Positions 37,302-48,880 of a stretch of 64,000 bases of DNA are shown here, one piece after another. Source of the stretch: Octopus sinensis (Eukaryota). The stretch lies in contig NC_042998.1 in the NCBI RefSeq assembly GCF_006345805.1, positions 28,210,001 to 28,274,000 of the forward strand. The letters run 5' to 3'. The notes below the pieces were generated by a model. The model was not told where the DNA came from. It searched no databases and worked only from the letters and a program-made list of their open reading frames with translations. Each line of letters starts with the position of its first letter. The first letter of the stretch is position 1. The position numbers and the translations under genes are program-made.

Positions 37302-37869
37302 TGTACATGTTTCAAATATGATTAATATTATGTTGTGTGTAGATATATATTATAGATGAAGTATGTAGCACACTGATATAGGTATTATATGCAACTGAGG
37401 AAAACTGCTTGCGTTATATCATGATAAGTTACTGGCATATGTATTAGGATTTAAGTTTGTAGTTCTATAGCCAAAGATTAACGATAAACCTTTTTCTAAT
37501 GAGAAACATTCAAACCCCCAAAACACATTTTAAGGTAATTCCAAGTTTCGGTTCAGTTTACTGAAGAGAACAAAAAAAAAAAAACGCATTACACATCCAC
37601 TGCAAATCACCACAGCAACGGTTTTCAAATAAGTAACTATTGATTTATCTAGCAATGCGCCATGTACATGGTGAGTGCTATCGCACCAAACTCTTGTCCC
37701 TTGAGTCACTCAGTTGCTTCTGATAAATATTAATTTAAAGTGTATATACACTCATCTTTTGAGGTCTAGTTTCCCTGTTTGCATCACAAAACCGACATAT
37801 ATATGTACATGTGTATGTGTTCACATGCATAATCTCTCTCTCACTCACTCACATACACACACACACACA

Positions 37870-37929
<60 letters not shown>

Positions 37930-37936
37930 CTATCTA

Positions 37937-38007
<71 letters not shown>

Positions 38008-38707
38008 AAATATATATAACGAAAGAAAGAGGAAGAGCGAGAGAGCGATATAGTAGTTTTATAGACAGGTGTGTTCATATCATTATCTTCCTCACTCATG
38101 TTTATTCAGACCTAAGCTCTAAACACCACCATTCCATAATCTCTCACTCGTGTAAAGCGCATGATATCTTATCTCTCTCCATTTGTTACAGCGCCTCTCG
38201 AATTTTAATGTTTTTACCTATGTTGTCATGATACAAAAGATAATGGCGTCCGCTTTGATACTGACAAAATTCTCAGACACATCCGCAAAATCTAACCCAT
38301 TTTGCATTATCTACTAACGTTCACCATTAGCCGTGTTTATAATGTAAGACAGCATTTAAAGCGTTATTCACGATCAATTATGGCTAATAGTGTAGCTGAT
38401 GCTCATATTCCAATAACATATTTTTCACAGTTCTGCATTCGTTTTTTTCTCATTAATTATGTTTGCTTGCCGCTGTATCTACTGTTCAGGCAATGTAGTT
38501 TGTTATAATATGATATATTACCTAGTTGATTTCTCTTATTCTTGTATACGATATTGCATTTACATCTACATCTAATCCAATTCTCCTTAATATAATGAGA
38601 ATAGAGTCTAAAAACTATCGGTTACTATAGTTAATTCGAAGGCCTCAGGCTATAAATATTCTATAAATGTATTTCAATATATAAATGACATGTAAACGAT
38701 ATATATG

Positions 38708-38764
<57 letters not shown>

Positions 38765-38874
38765 CATATATATATATATATATTCGTGTTGTCTGCTTGT
38801 GTGCGTATGTGTTTGCGTGTGTGCATTCAATAAATATATATATGGTGTGGTATAGATAGAAAGATAGATAGATA

Positions 38875-39480
38875 TGTTTCTTTATTAGCCACACAGGGCT
38901 GCACACAGATAGAACAAATTACAAGGTAGAGCTTTTCTTTGAAGGTTTAAAAAAAAAAAAGAAAAAAAAGGAAGGGGGAGTTTCGATCAAAAGGGATCGT
39001 AAAAGGAGAGAAAGAGGACAAAAAAAGGGGGTTAAAAAAAGGGGGAGAGGAAGAAAAAAAGAGAAAAAAAAAAAATTGATCAATAGGGATCGTTATCACA
39101 GAAATGTCAATATGAAGTGTAAAGGGAGGACAGGTGAGGTTTACCCGTGGAAAGAAAAGCCTACGGAAAAGACCACGGTACCTCGGTCAATGGAGTCACA
39201 TGTTATATTTCTTTTCTTTTTTTTTTTTGCAAATAAGCAACTCTCTGTTTTTCAATTCTGGGTTCATAGGATCATGCTCAAGGTGGCTTCGTCATTCATA
39301 CGTGCCATTCTTGCTACATTCACCCATCTTTTTTTAAAACATTCGCTAGACAAAACTTGCCTCTCTACTCTCACTTTCCTTTTCAAGTGGTACTTGAAGA
39401 AGTTGATGAGAGATTGACCAGAGAGGAAAGTGTTTGTCTCCAATCCTTTCAGACGCGTCCACCAGATACATTCTTTCGCC
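38875..39480 (-). mobile_element. 5'-truncated Tx1/L1-type LINE 3' end within (GATA)n
   Basis: AKECIWWTR..LINFFKYHLKRKVRVERQVLSSECFKKRW C-terminal motif; AATAAA then (TATC)n; GATA repeats on both flanks. Confidence 0.75.
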
Positions 39481-39755
39481 ATAGATAGATAGATAGATAG
39501 ATAGATATATAGATAGATGGATAGGTAGAGAGATAGACAGATATATATATATAAATATATACAATATGCATTTTTAAAAAATATATTCGTTGCGTTGTAT
39601 AATTTCACAGCTCAGACTGCTTACTTCTGAGGGTTGTGTTTACGCTTTATGTATAAAGGTCTTTCTAAACCTTATTCTATTGTTTCATTGCTAGAAACTT
39701 TCTTTATATTCGTTTATTGGTCCACATCTCTCCTACAATGCTTCAAGCGAACTAC

Positions 39756-39798
<43 letters not shown>

Positions 39799-39819
39799 AT
39801 AGATATAAATACACACACT

Positions 39820-39895
<76 letters not shown>

Positions 39896-39940
39896 GAATA
39901 AATAAATGGAGTTTAACGCAGGTGTAAATAAAATTCTTTT

Positions 39941-40028
39941 ACTTCCGACACATGTTTCAAAGATATCACTGATATTATTCCAAAGGAATAAAATGGTGAA
40001 AACAATGTCATCTTCTCTTCAGGGAAGT
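39941..40028 (-). ncRNA. Type I HHR motif with extended helix II (family E)
   Basis: acttcc-CTGAAGA-g aagat...atctt t-GAAA-catgtg-TC-ggaagt; element ends about 45 nt downstream at (TA)n. Confidence 0.8.
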
Positions 40029-40171
40029 GAAGAAATGAAACTCGTCAATAAGACATTTTAACAGAAAATGATGGATTTTCTGTTAAAAAGTTACTTATCT
40101 ATTTTTTCCGTGTTAATTGTTTACAAGGGAAAAATACACATATCTATTTATATACATATATAAAAAAATTA

Positions 40172-40424
40172 AAAAATAAATACACCCCTTTAAAGCCTAG
40201 CCAGGGTCATGGGCCCGGTTTCCCGGTTTCTATGGCTTATGTGTTTCCCAGCTGGACGGGACGCCAGTCCATCGCAGCGTTACTCATTTTTGCCAGCTGA
40301 GTAGACTGAAGCAACGTGAAATGAAGTGTTTTGCTCAAGAACAACGCATCACCCGGTCCAGGAATCGAAACCACAATCTTGCAATTATGATGCTGACATC
40401 CTAACCACTAAGCCACGCGTCTCT
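40172..40424 (-). mobile_element. SINE family S4
   Basis: tRNA-like head; same as 54033-54287. Confidence 0.85.
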
Positions 40425-40452
40425 ACATATACATATATGCATGTGTATGTAT

Positions 40453-40524
40453 AAAGTTTGTTTTGGCTGCTATTTCTAATGAGTTCAGTATGCGGCAAAG
40501 TAATTTATTTTAAGCCATTTTATA

Positions 40525-40531
<7 letters not shown>
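40453..40531 (+). mobile_element. Family A terminal fragment, inverted relative to 40578 across (TA)n
   Basis: ggctgctatttctaatgagttcagtatgcggcaaagtaatttatttt. Confidence 0.85.
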
Positions 40532-40575
<44 letters not shown>

Positions 40576-40766
40576 ATTATATAAAAGGGCTTAGTAGTAA
40601 AATAAATTACTTTGCCGCATACTGAACTCATTAGAAATAGCAGCAAAAAAAACTTTTTTAAAACTATTTCTAATACTTAAAGAAAACCTCTCTCATATAG
40701 TGTTTGCTCAATTCAACTCACGAAAGTATGGGGGTAGAGACATTAAAAAATCAAATGCAAATTATT

Positions 40767-40819
40767 TGAGAACGTACGTTTCAAGATTAGTCAAACTCGA
40801 CACTTCTATCATCAGCTCA
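40767..40819 (-). ncRNA. Type I HHR motif (family A); second copy at 41326-41378
   Basis: tgag-CTGATGA-t aga..gtc/gac..tct t-GAAA-cgtacg-TT-ctca. Confidence 0.7.
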
Positions 40820-42254
40820 GAACTCCCTGGTTTGGATTTGAAAACACTGAAAGTGGGAGCATACCCTTTCGGCTTCTTATCGCTTCTGAAGATCTGCTCG
40901 AAACTAACAGTGCCAGCAAACTCAAATATGCAAGCGAAGAATTTCTGCTCTCCCCTTTCCACCAGCGTGGGTTAAAATCAGTAAACACTATGCTTTTTTC
41001 GGTAAAATCCGAGGCATTATGTAGAGAGAGATGAATTATAATTTCAACAATTGAGGGTAAAATTAATTAATTAATCAATTTCACCAAGTATTCAGTATGC
41101 AAAGGGACCATTTAAGGCGAATTCAAATTATTACATTATATAAAAGGGCTTAGTAAAATAAATTACTTTGCCGCATACTGAACTCATTAGAAATAGCAGC
41201 CAAAAAAAACTTTTTTAAAACTATTTCTAATACTTAAAGAAAACCTCTCTCATATAGTGTTTGCTCAATTCAACTCACGAAAGTATGGGTGTAGAGACAT
41301 TAAAAAATCAAATGCAAAGGTTATTTGAGAACGTACGTTTCAAGATTAGTCAAACTCGACACTTCTATCATCAGCTCAGAACTCCCTGGTTTGGATTTGC
41401 ATGGTCCCTTTGCATACTGAATACTTGGTGAAATTGATTAATTAATTAATTTTACCCTCAATTGTTGAAATTATAATTCATCTCTCTCTATATAATGCCT
41501 CGGATTTTACCGAAAAAAGCATAGTGTTTACTGATTTTAACCCACGCTGGTGGAAAGGGGAGAGCAGAAATTCTTCGCTTGCATATTTGAGTTTGCTGGC
41601 ACTGTTAGTTTCGAGCAGATCTTCAGAAGCGATAAGAAGCCGAAAGGGTATGCTCCCACTTTCAGTGTTTTCAAATCCAAACCAGGGAGTTCTGAGCTGT
41701 TGATAGAAGTGTCGAGTTTGACTAATCTTGAAACGTACGTTCTCAAATAACCTTTGCATTTGATTTTTTAATGTCTCTACCCCCATACTTTCGTGAGTTG
41801 AATTGAGCAAACACTATATGAGAGAGGTTTTCTTTAAGTATTAGAAATAGTTTTAAAAAAGTTTTTTTTGGCTGCTATTTCTAATGAGTTCAGTATGCGG
41901 CAAAGTAAATTATTTTACTAAGCCCTTTTATATAATGTAATAATTTGAATTCGCCTTAAATGGTCCCTTTGCATACTGAATACTTGGTGAAATTGATTAA
42001 TTAATTAATTTTACCCTCAATTGTTGAAATTATAATTCATCTCTCTCTATATAATGCCTCGGATTTTACCGAAAAAAGCATAGTGTTTACTGATTTTAAC
42101 CCACGCTGGTGGAAAGGGGAGAGCATAAATTCTTTCTTCGCTTGCATATTTGAGTTTGCTGGCACTGTTAGTTTCGAGCAGATCTTCAGAAGCGATAAGA
42201 AGCCGAAAGGGTATGCTCCCACTTTCAGTTTTTCAAATCCAAACCAGGGAGTTC

Positions 42255-42307
42255 TGAGCTGATGATAGAAGTGTCGAGTTTGACTAATCTTGAAACGTAC
42301 GTTCTCA
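42255..42307 (+). ncRNA. Type I HHR motif (family A); copy at 41693-41745 has a CTGTTGA core
   Basis: Same fold as 40767-40819. Confidence 0.7.
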
Positions 42308-42585
42308 AATACCTTTGCATTTGATTTTTTAATGTCTCTACCCCCATACTTTCGTGAGTGAATTGAGCAAACACTATATGAGAGAGGTTTTCTTTAAGTA
42401 TTAGAAATAGTTTTAAAAAAGTTTTTTTTTGCTGCTATTTCTAATGAGTTCAGTATGCGGCAAAGTAATTTATTTTACTAAGCCCTTTTATATAATGTAA
42501 TAATTGAATTCGCCTTAAATGGTCCCTTTGCATACTGAATACTTGGTGAAATTGATTAATTAATTAATTTTACCCTCAATTGTTG

Positions 42586-42625
<40 letters not shown>

Positions 42626-42991
42626 TGTAAATATGCATATATATATGTATACATATATATATATATATATATATATGTACATATATATATATATATGTAC
42701 ATATATATATATAAAAAAATATATATATGTTACATTACTCGATAGTCAAGATAAAACTCTGAGTTTCAGATGCCGAAGTGGAAATCCACAACACCATCTC
42801 TTCGGTTATCTGGCTATTTGAAAACGCTATGAAAAAATACCGTTAAATAAAGGGAAATTACTGTGTTATAACTCTGCTTGCCTGCGTACTTATACATCGC
42901 TCGCATTTTTCGTCATAAAAATTATATAAAAATACATAAAAAATATAAAAATATATAAAATCTTCTTGGGACATAACATAGAAAGCATGTT

Positions 42992-43752
42992 CTATCTGTT
43001 TTCTTTAGGGGACCAAAAACGTAACAGAAATTTAGTCACATCTGGGCATGATCCGAAAAGTTCTGTCCTTGTATTTAGACATGTAGTAGGGTCTAAGCTG
43101 CTTTTCCAGATAAGCCATCTCTCCATGTCGCATAGACCGCACCTTCCGCTGCCGTTGGTATAGGGCTTACATCTGGCCAAAATCTTCCATTGTATGTTAT
43201 AATCGACACCTTTATCTCTTAAAGACCAAATATGATTAGATAATTGTGTCGCTTTTCTTTTGTTCCAGTGCCTAAAGCTCAAAGTGTGGTTATTGAACCT
43301 GGCCTTGAAATTACCCTCTGTAAGGCCCACGTATTTCTTCGTCGAAACGGTGTCTTTAGTGGTTATAGAGTTTACGGTAGCTTCATATATGATGGTCTTG
43401 AACATGCAAGCTCCATTTAGCGGGCACAATTCTTTATTCCTGCATGAACAGCTGTTTTCTTGTTGTGTTTTTTTGCATGTTATGTTTGATTATGTTTTTA
43501 AAATTGGTAGTTGAACTAAAACTAATTTTTAAATTGTGTCTATTGAAGTGTTTCCTATAAGTATGGTTAACTGGAAAATGTCTATCTATCAGTGCTAGGA
43601 AATATTTACCTATATTGAAGGCCACCTCGGGTGAGTAAGGGGGCGTAAACCAGATGACCTTCCTATTTCTATTATTCCTTTTCCTTACTGTTGGGCTAGT
43701 GATAGGTGTATATTTTATTTTTTCCCTAAAACCACTATCTTTTAAAGCCTTA
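42992..43752 (-). pseudogene. PLE ORF C-terminus: RT thumb/linker plus GIY-YIG endonuclease, frameshifted
   Basis: IWFTPPYS..NIGKYFLALIDRHFP; CSCRNKDCPLNGAC; IIYEATV..YVGLTEGNFKARFNNH; CGLC; LNTRTEL..CP. Confidence 0.9.
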
Positions 43753-43794
43753 ATATAAACTGGGGCAACGTTATTGAAAACTGGCTTTAAATAA

Positions 43795-44553
43795 TAAGGC
43801 TTTAAAAGATAGTGCTTTTAGGGAAAAAATAAAATATACACCTATCACTAGCCCAACAGTAAGGAAAAGGAATAATAGAAATAGGAAGGTCATCTGGTTT
43901 ACGCCCCCTTACTCACCCGAGGTGGCCTTCAATATAGGTAAATATTTCCTAGCACTGATAGATAGACATTTTCCAGTTAACCATACTTATAGGAAACTCT
44001 TCAATAGACACAATTTAAAAATTAGCTTTAGTTCAGCTACCAATTTTAAAAACATAATCAAACATAACATACAAAAAAACACAACAAGAAAACAGCTGTT
44101 CATGCAGGAATAAAGATTGTGCCCGCTAAATGGAGCTTGCATGTCCAAGACCATCATATATGAAGCTACCGTAAACTCTATAACCACTAAAGACACCGTT
44201 TCGACGAAGAAATACGTGGGCCTTACAGAGGGTAATTTCAAGGCCAGGTTCAATAACCACACTTTGAGCTTTAGGCACTGGAACAAAAAAAAGCGACACA
44301 ATTATCTAATCATATTTGGTCTTTAAGAGATAAAGGTGTCGAGTATAACATACAATGGAAGATTTTGGCCAGATGTAAGCCCTATACCAACGGCAGCGGA
44401 AGGTGCGGTCTATGCGACATGGAGAGATGGCTTATCTGGAAAAGCAGCTTAGACCCTACTACATGTCTAAATACAAGGACAGAACATTTCGGATCATGCC
44501 CACATGTGACTAAATTTCTGTTACGTTTTTGGTCCCCTAAAGAAAACAGATAG
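43795..44553 (+). pseudogene. PLE ORF C-terminus, second copy with additional frameshift
   Basis: ORFs 43922-44113, 44117-44326 and 44365-44553 mirror the minus-strand copy. Confidence 0.9.
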
Positions 44554-44733
44554 AACATGCTTTCTATGTTATGTCCCAAGAAGATTTTATATATTTTTAT
44601 ATTTTTTATGTATTTTTATATAATTTTTATGACGAAAAATACGAGCGATGTATAAGTCCACAGGCAAGCAGAGTTATAACACAGTAATTTCCCTTTATGT
44701 AACGGTATTTTTTCATAGCGTTTTCAAATAGCC

Positions 44734-44796
44734 AGATAACCGAAGAGATGGTGTTGTGGATTTCCACTTCGGCATCTGAAACTCAGAGTTTTATCT
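44734..44796 (+). ncRNA. HHR-like motif in the PLE 3' UTR (U4C core); mirror at 42749-42811 (-)
   Basis: agataa-CCGAAGA-gatg..gtgg/ccac..catc t-GAAA-ctcagag-TT-ttatct; helix I extends with atag/ctat. Confidence 0.6.
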
Positions 44797-44895
44797 TGAC
44801 TATTGAGTAATGTAACATATTATTGTATAGATAAATTTCCTCTATTTACATAATATTGAGGTCTCTTTCTTTCTTTTGTTATCTTACCGTTTTAT

Positions 44896-44945
<50 letters not shown>

Positions 44946-45872
44946 TTATATGTAATCGACATACTTAAGACTCTCAAGATAAATCGTTTGTACATTCTCC
45001 TTGAAAATTAATATATTATGCATAGTAAGTTAAGCAGGAAGTTGGCTCAAATTTAGACTTGGACACCATCTTCTTTGAATCCATTAATCAGATGCATATT
45101 TCCGTTGCTCTCATATTTTATTTTGCACTCTCTAATGCATTCTTCATCCAAACATTGTATTTCCTTTTAATTACATTCTAGATTTTTATCCTATTTCGAA
45201 TGGTTGTTATAACTAGAGTAAGGAGTGACAAATATCAGTAATCTGCGACATATATCCAATAGGATGTTGGCACAATATTGCCATACCAAGATGAATATGT
45301 GACAGTTATTGAGATCGTTGTAGAACGGTATTCACGGCTGTGGAACCTGAGGGAGTTGCGATGGTCGGTAAATTTGCAAAGCAGTTTAAAGATTCTTTTC
45401 GCGTTTATGTGCATTTGTGTTTAATGAAAAATGCATTATAGTAAAATGTTTTATAACATGGCCCCAGAACAACCAAAATTCTCTGAGCAAAAGTTGATTG
45501 GCTGAAACTGTCTATATTCGTTTGAACCGTTCGTACACTTGCTTGATATACATCCTTAATATCATTATATTACCATCCTTAATATCACCTTGTTTGCTCC
45601 TATGCTGCAAACATTCGGGTCAGGTCAACAATAAAGGAATAACTTCCTCTTTTCTTCTCATTAGTGCTGGAGGAAATGAAAAATATTATGGCCGTTGCTC
45701 TTCCTACTCTAACAAAACCATAGACAATTAAGGAGTTCGATTTAAGTGTTGTTTTCCTTATATATTATTTTTCACATGTTTAAGCAAAATTATACTGTAC
45801 ATACACACCGACACACTCCCACACACTCCCACACGCATTAACGCAAATGCGCGCACACAATTTTATACATTA

Positions 45873-45909
<37 letters not shown>

Positions 45910-46940
45910 CGATAACAATTTGCATCCATTTCTTGCTGCACTTAAGATCTATTCTAGGATGCAACGCATTCGCAATGTTTGCTATATTTTTGTTGAATCT
46001 ATTAATATGGAAGTGCACATACTATAAATTTTCTGGGAAACACAGAGATCCAAATAATTACTCTCATCTTTCATTTCAATACTGCTATAATTCGCATTCC
46101 CCTCGATACACAAACATTGGCAATTTATAATTGTAGATGTTTAAATATATCGATAAAAATTGATGTTTGCAAACTTCACTTAATGTCTATTTTTGTGGAG
46201 TCCACTGGATCGCTCGATACACGCATTTTTCTATATACTATATTTGAAAGCAATCTGAAACGATCGATTATATATTCGCAAAAATCATAAAGCTTTCATA
46301 AATGAATGCCATTAAGTTCTTTCTCAGTAGATTTCCTTGTTCATCCACTTGGCTGTATTTTTATTTCGTTTTCCATGCAAATCTTATTTTTATCGCAGCT
46401 TTCTTGAACCGTTCACATAAAATTTAAATGTCGCTTTACTAGATTCGTTCAGTATTACAATAAAGTTGCTATACAACATGAAAATATAGTTGTGATATAA
46501 GTACATGCACGCACAAGTAACAAGACCGATTTTCATAGTACCTCATACCTCGTCATATTTACTCTTTTGTGGTTGTATAGTTGTACCATATGTTACATAT
46601 ATATTATATCATACCTTGATACTGTGTGGACTAAGATCCCCATTGACAAGCCGCTGGTATTTATGGTAGAATACGCTTTCTGTATGCAAATTAGAGACTC
46701 CTTCATAGAGTAACTGTTGCATTTGTTGACTATATAAACAGTTTGGCTCCTTGATTGTCTGGAGACTGCCAGAATGATTTAGTTGTCTCTGATGAGAACC
46801 CAATAAGGTTCGAAAATCGGTTCATGTTGTTCCTCATTTTTCTTCTTTCAGTCTGCGGAGAAATGGCTAAAATTTGCCGTTTATAGTTATAACATACGTT
46901 ACATAAGTAGCTATATCTATCTATATATATATATATGCAT

Positions 46941-46996
<56 letters not shown>

Positions 46997-46997
<1 letters not shown>

Positions 46998-47270
46998 GAG
47001 GCGCAATGTTAGGGCAGCGGACTCGCGGTTTCGATTCCCAGACCGGGCGTTGTGAGTGTTTATTGAGCGAAAACACCTAAAAGCTCCACGAGGCTCCGGC
47101 AGAGGGTGGTGATCCCTGGTGTACTCTTTCACCACTCTTTCTCCCACTCTTTCTTCTGTTGGCCTGCTCGCTTAGCCAGCGGGGTGGCGTCATTCGAAGG
47201 CTAAAACAATGCGAACGCATTGTGACCAGCGATGTGTAACAACATCTGATGGTCTGGTCGGTCACATGAT

Positions 47271-47278
<8 letters not shown>
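46997..47278 (+). mobile_element. SINE S3 head and body with a distinct tail ending cacgtgat(AT)n
   Basis: Shared head; tail differs from the other S3 copies. Confidence 0.8.
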
Positions 47279-47317
<39 letters not shown>

Positions 47318-48880
47318 CTAGATGTAAAAAACAAGAAGTAGACTTCAAACGTTGCAAAATTATTATATACTAAGGCGTTGTGAAAGAAGAGGTATGGAAA
47401 TTACGGACAGTTTATCCTTTGCCAATACAGTTAAATGTAGAAGAAAACGAAACGATATACAGAAATAAGAGAATGTGTGTATGAGTAAGTCATAACGATG
47501 AATAACGGTGGGACTGAAGTGGGAGAGATTAAATGCATTCGTATAGAGCAGTTAAAGGATCGTGTAAGTTTTAGGGATAATATCCGAAGTGCGCTAAAGG
47601 TATCAAGATTATGAAAGGCTGGGTTGCGAGTGTGAGCGTTTGAATGTTTAAGAGTGTTGAGACCAATTATATGACAGTTGTGTGTTCGTCAGAGTTCGGA
47701 ATATGCGTAAGGAAATGTGATGGAAGTGGATGTAAGAGTAGTGATTGGTTCGTTAATGATATAATAATGTAATCGCGTGTAAATGTGATAATGAGATAAT
47801 AGAATGGTGTGATATTGATATTACTGCGTAATAGTATGGGCATTAAGGCTATTATTAAGTCTATAATAATGAGATTGGAAGTGATGGTGATGCTGGAATA
47901 ATAGAATCATGCGATATCGATATAAAAAAATAGTGTAATGCCATAATACTTAGGATAATTACGGGTAGATATTATTGACCGAACTGGTGGTAGACCTAAT
48001 AAATGGGAAACGAATTACATTGTTTTGGGTTTAACAACATTTGTAGATGCGGGGGTCAGTGATTGTAAAGTGTGTGTGTGAAGTGCATGCGTGGACCTTT
48101 TAAGGTTTCTGCGTGTGAAGCGAACCGGGCCGTGGCAGATAGGATAAGTCTTAGCGGAAAGAAAATTCCTGTTCTGATGTATGGGGAGTAATGTATTGTT
48201 TGTGGTTGTAAACAGTAAAGCAAATGTAGGAGTGACTTGAGAATTGTAACCCCCGCCAAACACCCGCCAAATTAGCCCGAACCACACACGCACACATACA
48301 CACACACGTCCATTTCATATATCTTCTATCAATTTCTGCTCTCTGATTAGACAGACGCCCAATACAATAGCTCTCAGCTACATTTTGTTCTCTAAAGAGG
48401 TAAGTGTCTATTTTTTTCTATAAGCGTATAACAATGACTTATCCCATACTTCCCCATTTAGCTTTTATCTTCACTTTTTTTTAAATTGGATATGTCTGCT
48501 ATTAAGTTGCAGAAATTTGGCAGTACAGTTAAAAATCATTTCTGCTTTACTTCTTATATACAATTTCCCCGTAAATTCTTACAGCTTCATTTTTTGGTGA
48601 TGATTGAAATGCCAAACATTTTCCAACTCATAAAGCAATTCTTAACGTCAACATCTTAGTGTCTCTTCTATTTTTCCTAGCCCCCATACTTACTGAGAAA
48701 ATCGATTAAAACCTTTTCTAATGCAATTCCCCTCTTTGTTCCGCCATTAAAACAACCAGTTGCACACACAGCCGGCATATACCATTTCGCTAGCAACAAG
48801 GGGACTACAAAATGATAGTCAGCCAGCCAAATCTTTCGCTATGCTGTCTCTCTTCTTTCATCTCTTTGTGGGGTTAATTA

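Larger units (their letters stand above)
40578..42590. mobile_element. Family A: divergent tandem arrays of a ~560 bp HHR-bearing monomer (retrozyme-like)
   Basis: Minus-sense array 40578-41399 (1.5 units), junction at about 41400, plus-sense array 41401-42590 (2 units plus 96 nt tail); (TA)n on both sides. Confidence 0.9.
42725..44898. mobile_element. Penelope-like element: two 5'-truncated copies in divergent (inverted) orientation
   Basis: Arms 42725-43752 and 43795-44820, 42 nt spacer, 78 nt tail only on the right; (TA)n on both sides. Confidence 0.92.

Noticed and set aside
40700-42222. 66-110 aa ORFs repeated in the 560 bp monomer
   Set aside because: They recur only because the monomer is repeated, are open on both strands, vary by frameshift between copies and show no recognisable domain.
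7036-44898. Possibility that all fold-backs are sequencing or assembly chimeras
   Set aside because: Consistent one-sided tails, shared family boundaries and arm substitutions in several elements argue against this as a general explanation; individual cases still need read support.
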